In this document: piece by piece, positions 44,577 through 52,803 of the stretch
How positions within the stretch are numbered: position 1 is the stretch's first letter
Layout: every line of letters starts with the position of its first letter
From: an uncultured Clostridia bacterium
GTDB taxonomy: Bacteria; Bacillota; Clostridia; Christensenellales; UBA1242
NCBI GenBank assembly: GCA_944383295.1
Contig: CALWOW010000020.1
Location: 1 to 56,173 of the forward strand
DNA: 56,173 nt
Reading direction: 5' to 3'
Translations under genes and position numbers: made by a program
Notes under the pieces: model-generated
The model's database searches: none
Seen by the model: only the letters and a program-made list of their open reading frames with translations
Told to the model about the DNA's origin: nothing

Positions 44577-44707
44577 GCAAGCTACTGCTTGTTTTTTATT
44601 TTATAAAGATTATTACACAAAAATACAAATAGGTTATATTAATAGTTTTGTTTCAAATTAAACCATAGATATGTTTTATAAGACTTTAAAATTTTGTTCC
44701 GATGATT

Positions 44708-44905
44708 ATATAGTTAAATTATATAATAATTTATATTATGAAATTTGACACAGTTTTTAATCAAATAAAAAGAAAAAAGAAAAAACTCAAAGTCGAATAA
44801 AAAAATTCATAAACTTTGAGTTTTTCCTTTATTTAAGCCAAAATTGAATGGTGCCGAAGACCGGACTCGAACCGGTACGGGATTGCTCCCGAGGGATTTT
44901 AAGTC
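44708..44905. repeat. Left copy of a ~200-bp direct repeat (integrase 3' end + terminator + tRNA-Leu 3' half); the att core is 44849-44905
   Basis: Matches 55715-55924 apart from one missing 12-bp TTGACACAGTTT unit and about 4 substitutions. Confidence 0.95.
44849..44905 (-). pseudogene. 3' fragment of tRNA-Leu(TAA); att core duplicated by integration
   Basis: 57 bp identical to 55868-55924 except 44894; identity stops in the 5' strand of the anticodon stem. Confidence 0.9.
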
Positions 44906-44942
44906 ACAATAAAACCCCTTTTATAATGGCACTTTAAACAAC

Positions 44943-44965
44943 TTGACACAGTTTTTGACACAGTT
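44943..44965 (+). repeat. Tandem TTGACACAGTT repeats, putative integrase arm-type sites; partner pair at 55752-55774
   Basis: The same 11-mer occurs twice inside each end of the element and once at 44745-44755. Confidence 0.7.
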
Positions 44966-45038
44966 ATATTGAAAAATATAAACATTATTATTCAAACATC
45001 CTAATTTTTTAGGTTGTTTTTTATTTGCAATATTCTTT

Positions 45039-46193
45039 TTAATCTTCTATAAATATAGGGTCTAATTCTTCTAATTCTTTAATAGATACTTCGTTAGTTT
45101 TTTCTTTTAATTGTACTTTTGGTATATCATAATAATTGTTTATTAAATCTAATATAGAAGAACCGTTTTTTGTATTCAATACATAACTAGAAAAGTTGTC
45201 ATTATCTTTCTTTTGCTGTATTCCATCTAATTCAGCAAGTAATTTATCAAACTGCTCATTCGATAAATGTAATGTTTTCTTTTTGCCTTTCTTTAAATTA
45301 TATGTATGAAAATATGATTTAGAGCAATAAGGAACAGAAGACTTATCTTTATTCATATACTTTGATAAATAAAATATAACTTTATCAAAACTTGTTAAAT
45401 TATCGCGCGGGGTCAATGGTATTATACTACAAAACCCTAAATCATAAAAATCAGATAAAAAATTATAAATTTTATCACCTATTATAGTTTCTAACGGTTT
45501 CATATAATATTCATTTAAAACAGGTTTACCATTTCTCATTTTAATAGAACCGTCTTTATTTTTTCTAAATCGTTCCATATTAACCGCACGAGCAAGAATT
45601 TTACCAAGTAGGGCATTGCCGATTGCTCCGTGAAAATGTAATTTATTATTATCTTCGTGATACTCAATTACACTTAAAATCTTTATATCAGGATAATAAT
45701 ATTGTAATTTTTGTCTAAATTTCTTCCATGCATACTTAATAGATTTTTGGTTTGTACTATCTATTTTTTTAGGGTCAAAAGTAATAGTTATAAAATATTG
45801 CCAATCATTATTTTGACCGTATGATAGGAAACAGTCCAAAACACGTTTTAAACTTTTTTTTCTACTTAATTCTAGATTATGTACTGTTGCACGTTCATCT
45901 TCTAAACTTTTTTTCCTTAAACAATTATTTTCATCATAATACCACTTCTTTGTTCGTGGTCCTTTAGAATGATTACCTAAAACAGAATAATCTTCTTTTG
46001 TGCGGAATAATTCGATATTATTATTGTTTACACGCACAGTAGTATTTGCAAATAAAATTTTATGCTGTTTATTCAATTTACGAAAAGCATTAACAATACT
46101 TTTTTGATTATTAAAGTCTATATCACAAAAAGGACATTTATGTATATTCTTATTATGTAATAAGCATTCTCTACATAATTCTTTTAGTTCCAT
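45039..46193 (-). CDS. HUH-superfamily rolling-circle replication initiator
   Basis: Motif I FITITF, motif II LHFHG, motif III YLSKYMNK; N-terminal CxxC...CxxC. Confidence 0.88.
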   Translation of the reverse strand: MELKELCRECLLHNKNIHKCPFCDIDFNNQKSIVNAFRKLNKQHKILFANTTVRVNNNNIELFRTKEDYSVLGNHSKGPRTKKWYYDENNCLRKKSLEDERATVHNLELSRKKSLKRVLDCFLSYGQNNDWQYFITITFDPKKIDSTNQKSIKYAWKKFRQKLQYYYPDIKILSVIEYHEDNNKLHFHGAIGNALLGKILARAVNMERFRKNKDGSIKMRNGKPVLNEYYMKPLETIIGDKIYNFLSDFYDLGFCSIIPLTPRDNLTSFDKVIFYLSKYMNKDKSSVPYCSKSYFHTYNLKKGKKKTLHLSNEQFDKLLAELDGIQQKKDNDNFSSYVLNTKNGSSILDLINNYYDIPKVQLKEKTNEVSIKELEELDPIFIED

Positions 46194-46234
46194 TTTTACC
46201 CCTATTTTATTTAATTTGTTTAATTTTCTGCTTA

Positions 46235-46265
46235 TGTGATACCATTATCAAGTATAGGTATCACA
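46235..46265 (-). other. Putative double-strand origin (nick-site hairpin)
   Basis: Perfect 9-bp stem TGTGATACC/GGTATCACA; 13-nt loop reads TATACTTGATAAT on the minus strand (CTTGATA is the pC194/phiX174-type nick motif). Confidence 0.75.
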
Positions 46266-46268
46266 CCA

Positions 46269-46497
46269 AACTAGCAATAATAAATAGTTAAGCGGATAAT
46301 CACGGCACCGAACAAGTTCGGGGCCGTGATTAGATTTCCCGCTACGCTAATTATTAGTTCTTTGCTAGTTAAGCGGTGCCGGGATAGCGTCACCGTAGAT
46401 AATAGTTTACTTATCCTAACAGCCGTCAAGGAGCGAAGAACGGCATAGCCGTTCCGTTGATTTTTGCAAGCAAAAATAATTCGCTTTTATCCTTGAC
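46269..46497. other. GC-rich multi-hairpin region, putative single-strand origin and/or packaging signal
   Basis: AACTAGCAA/TTGCTAGTT enclosing TAATCACGGC/GCCGTGATTA; GTCAAGGA/TCCTTGAC enclosing GAACGGC/GCCGTTC and ATTTTTGC/GCAAAAAT. Confidence 0.6.
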
Positions 46498-46894
46498 CGC
46501 TTTCCATCGTATCACTTAGTACCGGCGTATCCATAGGTTTAACCACTTTTGGCACTAGTATTTGTGCTTCAGCAACCTCTTGTACATAACTTTCTTTTTG
46601 TAACCCTTTATTTTTTGTTTCATTCAATATTTCTTTACATTTTAACCATAACTTTTTATGACAAATACGCCATACAAAACTATGTGGCATTGTTTCTAAT
46701 GCTACTTTTAATTGCAATTCACGTTTAGATTGACGCAACAAAGGTTTACTATATAACTTTGAATATTTTTTCAAATTTTTTTCTACAAACTTAATAAATG
46801 ATTTAGAAGGGTTAACAACACCAAAGGAATCTGCCATTTTATCATATTCAGTATAAAAAAAGACAGTTAACTCACTAAAATTATTAATTTCCAT
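46487..46894 (-). CDS. Hypothetical element protein
   Basis: AGGAG RBS; overlaps the end of the ATPase gene. Confidence 0.75.
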   Translation of the reverse strand: MEINNFSELTVFFYTEYDKMADSFGVVNPSKSFIKFVEKNLKKYSKLYSKPLLRQSKRELQLKVALETMPHSFVWRICHKKLWLKCKEILNETKNKGLQKESYVQEVAEAQILVPKVVKPMDTPVLSDTMESGQG

Positions 46895-47744
46895 AATTTA
46901 TTACTCCTAATTCTTTTAATATACCCTTATCACGTTCCGCATTTTTCCAAAAACCTCGTGGGGCAGTAAAATAATGCGTATTATTAAACTCAACAAAACT
47001 ATCACGTGTAAATTGATAACCATCTTCAGTATAATAATCAACGCCACTATTATAAACATTTTGATAAAAAACGGGGCGATTACTTTTTGAGTTATAACAA
47101 GACAAAATATTAAAATCAAAACTATCAGTAATTTTTTTGCCATACTTCGCTAAATCTTTATTATCGTTAGAAGTTTGATATTTTTCTGCTATTTCACAAG
47201 AAGCAAATTCTGTCATGTGCCATTTTGATTTCGTTATTATTCCATATTCATTTTTTGTAAATTCTACTTTATCCATAACCAAAAAGCGTTCAGCAATGCC
47301 TCTAATGTTTAAATCTATATTTGCTAATCTTTGGCAAGCAAGATAAACATTATAATCATTATGCCTATGTAATTGATACCAATGATATACATCATCACGC
47401 AAATACCTAGACATACGACTATCATAATACCGTTGCGCCTCGTCTAAAAAAATATGTGAATACGGCGGAATAAAAGTAGTATCAAAAAACGGGTTATCCA
47501 ATCCTATACTAAAACCATCTATATAATATGTTTTTAATTTACGCCCAAAATGTATAGGGGTATCACAAAATACCAAATGTTTTTGTGGCGCTAAATCCAA
47601 ATTAAAACCAGTGCTATTTAATTGTATAAATTCACGCTTACAAGATAAAAAATCAACTCGACCATTAATCATACATTCTATAGCAATTTTTGCAAGATAG
47701 GTAGATTTACCAGCGCCAGGAAGACCACAAATACAAGTTAGCAT
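46884..47744 (-). CDS. Zot/pI-like morphogenesis ATPase (no TM segment)
   Basis: Walker A GLPGAGKS at the N-terminus, Walker B IFLDEAQ, HRH...Q....D..IR signature. Confidence 0.8.
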   Translation of the reverse strand: MLTCICGLPGAGKSTYLAKIAIECMINGRVDFLSCKREFIQLNSTGFNLDLAPQKHLVFCDTPIHFGRKLKTYYIDGFSIGLDNPFFDTTFIPPYSHIFLDEAQRYYDSRMSRYLRDDVYHWYQLHRHNDYNVYLACQRLANIDLNIRGIAERFLVMDKVEFTKNEYGIITKSKWHMTEFASCEIAEKYQTSNDNKDLAKYGKKITDSFDFNILSCYNSKSNRPVFYQNVYNSGVDYYTEDGYQFTRDSFVEFNNTHYFTAPRGFWKNAERDKGILKELGVINYGN

Positions 47745-47771
47745 ATTTACCCTCATTTTAAATATAAAATA

Positions 47772-47800
47772 TTGACTTTTTTATTTTTTTTGTATATAAT
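47772..47800 (+). promoter_or_regulatory. Sigma-A promoter antisense to the element's main operon
   Basis: TTGACT-17 nt-TATAAT. Confidence 0.7.
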
Positions 47801-47806
47801 AATATA

Positions 47807-47878
47807 TAGACAAATATCTGATGACATTTTATGTCTGTGGGTATCAATTCCCAGTGAATAGATATTTGTCTTTTTTTT
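47807..47878 (+). ncRNA. Candidate ~70-nt structured small RNA
   Basis: Starts right after the promoter; 12-bp closing stem AGACAAATATCT/AGATATTTGTCT encloses two hairpins; ends in a T8 run. Confidence 0.5.
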
Positions 47879-48212
47879 ATTTATACTTCCTACGATTATT
47901 TTTATATTTTCTTATTTTGGCACGAACCTTTGGCATATCACTTTCAGAAAAATTAAAATTTTTTCTTACACTAGAATAATTATTCTTTTTACTCGTTATT
48001 ATCCCATTTCGCAAATATGATTTATCAATTTTATTTTTTTGAGGATTTTTATCTAAAAGAATATTTTTCTTGCCAAAAGTATATTTTCGATGAGTTATTC
48101 CTAAACTATGATATTTATTAGACTCTTCTTCGAATACATAATTAATATGTTTTGTATTATAATTATAGCGGAATTCATTTTTAGAAAATCGCTTTTTTTT
48201 ATTTTTTCTCAT
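47877..48212 (-). CDS. Small very basic protein, possible PemK/MazF-fold RNase
   Basis: AGGTGG RBS before ATG 48212; pattern H..YV....Y..LGITH...NI.L..NP....SY....FS..D..KV resembles PemK-like spacing (inference). Confidence 0.45.
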   Translation of the reverse strand: MRKNKKKRFSKNEFRYNYNTKHINYVFEEESNKYHSLGITHRKYTFGKKNILLDKNPQKNKIDKSYLRNGIITSKKNNYSSVRKNFNFSESDMPKVRAKIRKYKNNRRKYK

Positions 48213-48268
48213 ATTCACCACCTAAATAATGGTACGAGGTTTTTTAAGATACCTCGATAAACTTTTAA

Positions 48269-49474
48269 TTATTCACCATATGCGTGACCATAAAAATCAC
48301 TATATTTTTTTACATAAGTTAAATATTGTTCGTCTTGCGCATATTCAGGGTGTTGTAATATTAATTGTTCATAAACTTCATCGACAAAGATATACGTAGG
48401 GCAACTATCAAAACAATAAATATAATTATTAATTGTTGCTTCAGGTATTGATTTAAAAATTATTCGTGAAAAACTACAAGCATTTTCAGCGCCCCACATT
48501 ACACCTTCGCCAATTGCTTCAATAGTTTGCAAACTATAAGGTAATTCAAGTGTAAAATCAGTTTTTACATAAACATTGTTTAAATTTGAAACTTGTGTAA
48601 CACCCTCATTAATTATAACTTTAGATAATGTTTGATTTTCTAAATCATAATTTAAATAAGCATGAAATGCAGTAAAATCTACTTGTTCTATGTAAGAAGA
48701 AGTTGTATATTCAGTACCTTTAATAGTATCAGGATAAACATAAATTAATTTTTGTGTAGCAGTATCTACAAGAGTTCCATCCATATTTTCATAAGTACCG
48801 TAAATTTTATTATCTTTAGGAAAATTAATTTCCTTTACATTTTTACCTAAATAGCGAATATTTACTTCTTCGTAATTTGTAGGAATATTTACTACTTCAA
48901 CTGTATCGCTTAAACAATCAACAGCGGTTACTTCATAATCATTACCAGATACATACAAACGCTTTTTACCTAAATGAGTAATAGGGAATGCATTCTCAAT
49001 GCGACCTAACGGTAAAACTAATTTTTCATCTAAATCTCTCAAAGATTTACATACTATTTCAGTTTTATCCGCATATATAAATACAAGATTAAATTGTTCT
49101 ATATCGAAGTCAGTCCCATGGTCAAAATCAGGAGATGACATGATATTCATACGAATTTCTTCTGTATATTCTAACAACTCTTCTAAATTATTAAATGTAT
49201 AATTTTGGTCTATCTCTTTATAACTGAAAGTTTCGGGCAAAGTGAGTACTGTTTCTTCACCGGTATAACCTTCAATCATCCACATAGCGTCATTATAACG
49301 AAATTTGTATGGAAGAGAATCAGCCTCAACTTCTGCAGGCTCTTCATTTGCGTTAAAAGTATTTTGTGTCCATTCCTTAACAGCAGGTACGGTAGCGTAC
49401 AGAACGCCAAAAATCACAGTACATATTGCTATAGCAACAAGTATGCTAATTACAGTTTTTAAAAAATAATTCAT
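48269..49474 (-). CDS. Membrane-anchored protein with degenerate BspA-type LRRs
   Basis: N-terminal TM; IEGYTG....LTLP, V.I.EGV..., LELP.SL..I; AAGGAG RBS. Confidence 0.7.
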   Translation of the reverse strand: MNYFLKTVISILVAIAICTVIFGVLYATVPAVKEWTQNTFNANEEPAEVEADSLPYKFRYNDAMWMIEGYTGEETVLTLPETFSYKEIDQNYTFNNLEELLEYTEEIRMNIMSSPDFDHGTDFDIEQFNLVFIYADKTEIVCKSLRDLDEKLVLPLGRIENAFPITHLGKKRLYVSGNDYEVTAVDCLSDTVEVVNIPTNYEEVNIRYLGKNVKEINFPKDNKIYGTYENMDGTLVDTATQKLIYVYPDTIKGTEYTTSSYIEQVDFTAFHAYLNYDLENQTLSKVIINEGVTQVSNLNNVYVKTDFTLELPYSLQTIEAIGEGVMWGAENACSFSRIIFKSIPEATINNYIYCFDSCPTYIFVDEVYEQLILQHPEYAQDEQYLTYVKKYSDFYGHAYGE

Positions 49475-49496
49475 AATAAACTCCTTTAAAAATATT

Positions 49497-50609
49497 TTAA
49501 TTAAAAGTATTTTCTTCTTTTATCTTTATTCTTTCTTGTATGGTATTCCAAACTGTATCCTCTAAATATTGAGAATAACATTCACTAGAAACATATATTG
49601 TTGTATCTTGAGGTATGTTTTTAACCGCTAATTCAGTTGCCGATACAAACTTATCAAAAATCAATGTTCCATGAAAGCCAACAAAACAGTGTTCACTTAT
49701 TTTAATACAATTAGGTAAATACAAATTTGTTATAGCACTTTCATAAAAACAATAATCACTATTAAAAAATTCAATTTTAGGTAAAGATAAATCACTTAAT
49801 TTTGTTGTTTTATAAAAAGCGTAATTACCTAAACTTGTACAATTAAGCAATTCAGTTGATACTAAATTAGATTGTCCGGCACAAGCATAAGATTTTAAAC
49901 TAGAAATTCCTTTGCTAGAAAATTCAGTTATTTGTCCTGTTAATATCAAATTAAGTTGCTCATCTTCTATTGTTTCACCATAATCAATAGTTGTATAATC
50001 ACTAGGTAAACTATAAACACGCCCAAAATCACGCCAAACACTATTATTTAAATAAGCATTAACAACACCGTTTTGAATATAAATATTAAAAGTATCATTG
50101 CATTCGAACAGAGAAGCGCTAGAAGAAATAGAGCAAAGAGAATTACCTGTTAAATAAATTGATTTTAAATTAGGACACCCTATAAAAGCGTTATTATCAA
50201 TATTTTTAAGATTATCAAAACGAACATACTCTAAATTAATACAATCACGAAAAGAGTAAGCAGGAATATTTTCAACATTAGGTAAATAAACACTAGTTAA
50301 ATTTATATTACCAGCAAAAGCATATTCGCTTAAATTTGAAACATTGCTTTTAAATTTAGTGTAATTATCGCTTAAGTAATTTTCTGTTATTGAAAGAACG
50401 ACCGGTTCAGGTTCTTCCGGGTCTATTGTTGGGTCTTCAGGTTCTTCAGGTGAATTAGGGTCTGTATCTGTAGGTTCTTCAGGTGCAGACTGTTCAGGAA
50501 CAAATACAGCATTAACCCAATTACGAACAACAGGGAATTGATAAGCAACAAACAAGCCAACTATTAAAACCACGGCACTAACTAAATAAGTCCATTTTGG
50601 TACACACAT
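49497..50609 (-). CDS. Membrane-anchored BspA-type leucine-rich-repeat (LRR_5) protein with Pro/Glu linker
   Basis: N-terminal TM, PEEP repeats, I...AF..C.NL..I.L repeats, IYV.....Y.....W caps. Confidence 0.8.
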   Translation of the reverse strand: MCVPKWTYLVSAVVLIVGLFVAYQFPVVRNWVNAVFVPEQSAPEEPTDTDPNSPEEPEDPTIDPEEPEPVVLSITENYLSDNYTKFKSNVSNLSEYAFAGNINLTSVYLPNVENIPAYSFRDCINLEYVRFDNLKNIDNNAFIGCPNLKSIYLTGNSLCSISSSASLFECNDTFNIYIQNGVVNAYLNNSVWRDFGRVYSLPSDYTTIDYGETIEDEQLNLILTGQITEFSSKGISSLKSYACAGQSNLVSTELLNCTSLGNYAFYKTTKLSDLSLPKIEFFNSDYCFYESAITNLYLPNCIKISEHCFVGFHGTLIFDKFVSATELAVKNIPQDTTIYVSSECYSQYLEDTVWNTIQERIKIKEENTFN

Positions 50610-50610
50610 A

Positions 50611-51915
50611 TTAACCACCCCCTCGATTGAATGGTAACGAAATCAATTTCCAAAGACCTAAAAGTATGTATTTTAAAATTTGAAACATAGCAACGAATAT
50701 CCAAGGTAATAATGGTACTAAAACAACCAATAATAAAATTAAAAGTAAAAGTTTAACAATTTTTTTCCACCAAGGTTCAGGTGGGTTATTATCAGGGGTT
50801 AAATCACCGCTTTGCTTATTATCAACTACGCCAAGATTATAAACTACACCGTTGGTTTCAAACTTTAATCGCAACAAAGTTACATCAGTAACTTCGGTAA
50901 CATATTCATAACTTGTAGCAGAATTTACCAATTGATAATCACTCTCATAAAAACGCAAAACCCATTGTTTACCCCTCAATATTTCTTTTGTTTCATTTGT
51001 CAAATTGTTTTGACTATCAGCAATAAAAGAAGTAACTTTTTCTATTCGCTGCCAATTATATTGTGTAGCAAACCAACCATGAGCGGAATTATTACCTTTA
51101 TCAATATCGCTTAATTTTACATTCTCTGTAATTAATTCACCTTCGCTATAACGATGACTACCTGTTAAATTTATATGATAAGTTACATCTTGTCGAATAT
51201 AGCTAATATCAACTTCCATTAATTTATCCATAGGTTTATCAGTATTAAATGCTACATAATGCGAGTCACACGCTTGATTGTATAATGTAAAACCGTTACT
51301 ATAACGGACAAAACCGATATACTTATCTGTAACTAAAATAGTTTCAGTATCTAAACAACTATAAGTAACTTGATTATCTACTGTAACGGCTGTAAACAAT
51401 TTACCAACTTCATAACTAACTTCACTAACAGTATTACCACCGCTAACTTGTTCATCTATCAAAACATTAAAAGGACGAAAAATAGAAACAATAGAATAAT
51501 AACGCATTAAATCAGGCAATATTTTAAAATCGTTTACCTTATATTTAAAAAACACACCATTAGAATTTATAAAAGTTAACGAATAATTTTTTGGGCTAAA
51601 ACTATCATTAATAGAAGTTGAAAAATTAATACTAGACGCTCTAAAATCTAAAGCACGCCCACTAGGTTGATAAACATAAACTAAAAGTTCGTTATCTACA
51701 CTTTCTGCTATTTGAATGACTTGTAATGAATAATCATTTTCGATTAAAGGATAATCGTTAATATTAAATGTTTCATCAGTTTGCAAATCTTCTAGAACAT
51801 TTGAATAAGTGGAATCAGCATAATACACGCCGATAGGAATAAATAACAACAAACACACAAATAATAATAAAAAGCAAATCGAAGATTTAAAAACTACTTT
51901 CTTTTGTTTTTGCAC
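50611..51915 (-). CDS. Secreted protein with C-terminal membrane anchor (spike/pIII-like topology)
   Basis: AAGGAG RBS before GTG 51915; signal peptide; beta-rich ectodomain; C-terminal PWWKKIVKLLLLILLLVVLVPLLPW. Confidence 0.7.
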   Translation of the reverse strand: MQKQKKVVFKSSICFLLLFVCLLLFIPIGVYYADSTYSNVLEDLQTDETFNINDYPLIENDYSLQVIQIAESVDNELLVYVYQPSGRALDFRASSINFSTSINDSFSPKNYSLTFINSNGVFFKYKVNDFKILPDLMRYYSIVSIFRPFNVLIDEQVSGGNTVSEVSYEVGKLFTAVTVDNQVTYSCLDTETILVTDKYIGFVRYSNGFTLYNQACDSHYVAFNTDKPMDKLMEVDISYIRQDVTYHINLTGSHRYSEGELITENVKLSDIDKGNNSAHGWFATQYNWQRIEKVTSFIADSQNNLTNETKEILRGKQWVLRFYESDYQLVNSATSYEYVTEVTDVTLLRLKFETNGVVYNLGVVDNKQSGDLTPDNNPPEPWWKKIVKLLLLILLLVVLVPLLPWIFVAMFQILKYILLGLWKLISLPFNRGGG

Positions 51916-52030
51916 GACTAACTCCTTAATTAAAATTAATGGTAACCTATTGCAAAAATAGGAGGTAAAAAAGCAATAGGAATGGTACAGCAACCACTAA
52001 AGCAGGTTAGACTGTTTACCGCTTTATGTA

Positions 52031-52405
52031 TTAAAAAGGTAAAGGTTCGTTCGTAGATTGTAACGCAGGTGTCATAGCAGTAACATCTACTCCATCAGAA
52101 TTGATTATTTGTCTAAATCTATAATCTTGCTTTCCGCCAAAAGTCAAAACATCGGCTGTTATGGTTACTTTTTCAAATCTTTTTAATTTAGTAATTAATT
52201 CTTCACAGTTAAAATTAGGGTCCTTAACGGAAGACAAATAATAAATTTCACCAGTACCTAATTTATCATTAATAACATCTGCTAAAATTGTTAAAGCAAT
52301 TTTCTTTGCGCCTGTTGGTTCATATTTACCTTCAGCAATTTTTCTTTGTTCATCTCTTAAACTTGCGCTTAATACATAAGCATTTTCAAAAATCATTTTG
52401 TTCAT
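52031..52405 (-). CDS. Putative single-stranded DNA-binding protein
   Basis: GGAGG RBS; beta-rich 124 aa; ends in EPLPF like bacterial SSB C-terminal tails; lies in a rolling-circle element. Confidence 0.55.
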   Translation of the reverse strand: MNKMIFENAYVLSASLRDEQRKIAEGKYEPTGAKKIALTILADVINDKLGTGEIYYLSSVKDPNFNCEELITKLKRFEKVTITADVLTFGGKQDYRFRQIINSDGVDVTAMTPALQSTNEPLPF

Positions 52406-52539
52406 AAGAACGCCTCCAAAAAAATAATAATTTCACCTACATAAATAGGTAATGGTGATAGATTTTTTATTAAAAAACCTACCAAAAAAGAAAATTAACC
52501 ACCATATATAAAAATCAAATTATTAAATAACAATAAACT

Positions 52540-52803
52540 TTACTTTATTTTTAAATTTTTAGTTTTACGCTTATAATTAGGATTACGATATTTAAAAGCA
52601 TGGTTACTATCTTTTGCATGCTCTAAATAACCAGCCCTAAAAGCGAGTTGCTCTTTATTCAATTTAATTTGCTTGCCCTTTTCATCCTTTTTAGCGTGTA
52701 AATCATTTGTATATGCTTTCTTTTCTTTGATTTCCTTAGCATATTTGAAAGCACGCTCAGACGGATTTAATAAAACTTGACCTGTTCTTGTAATATAAGA
52801 CAA
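52540..52803 (-). CDS. Basic hypothetical element protein
   Basis: AAGGAG RBS before TTG 52803 (ORF track extends to 52824). Confidence 0.65.
   Translation of the reverse strand: MSYITRTGQVLLNPSERAFKYAKEIKEKKAYTNDLHAKKDEKGKQIKLNKEQLAFRAGYLEHAKDSNHAFKYRNPNYKRKTKNLKIK

Noticed and set aside
50405-50500. Short DNA repeats (GGTTCTTCAGG-like) suggesting a CRISPR array or DGR
   Set aside because: They encode the PEEP linker; there is no spacer structure, cas gene or reverse transcriptase in the window
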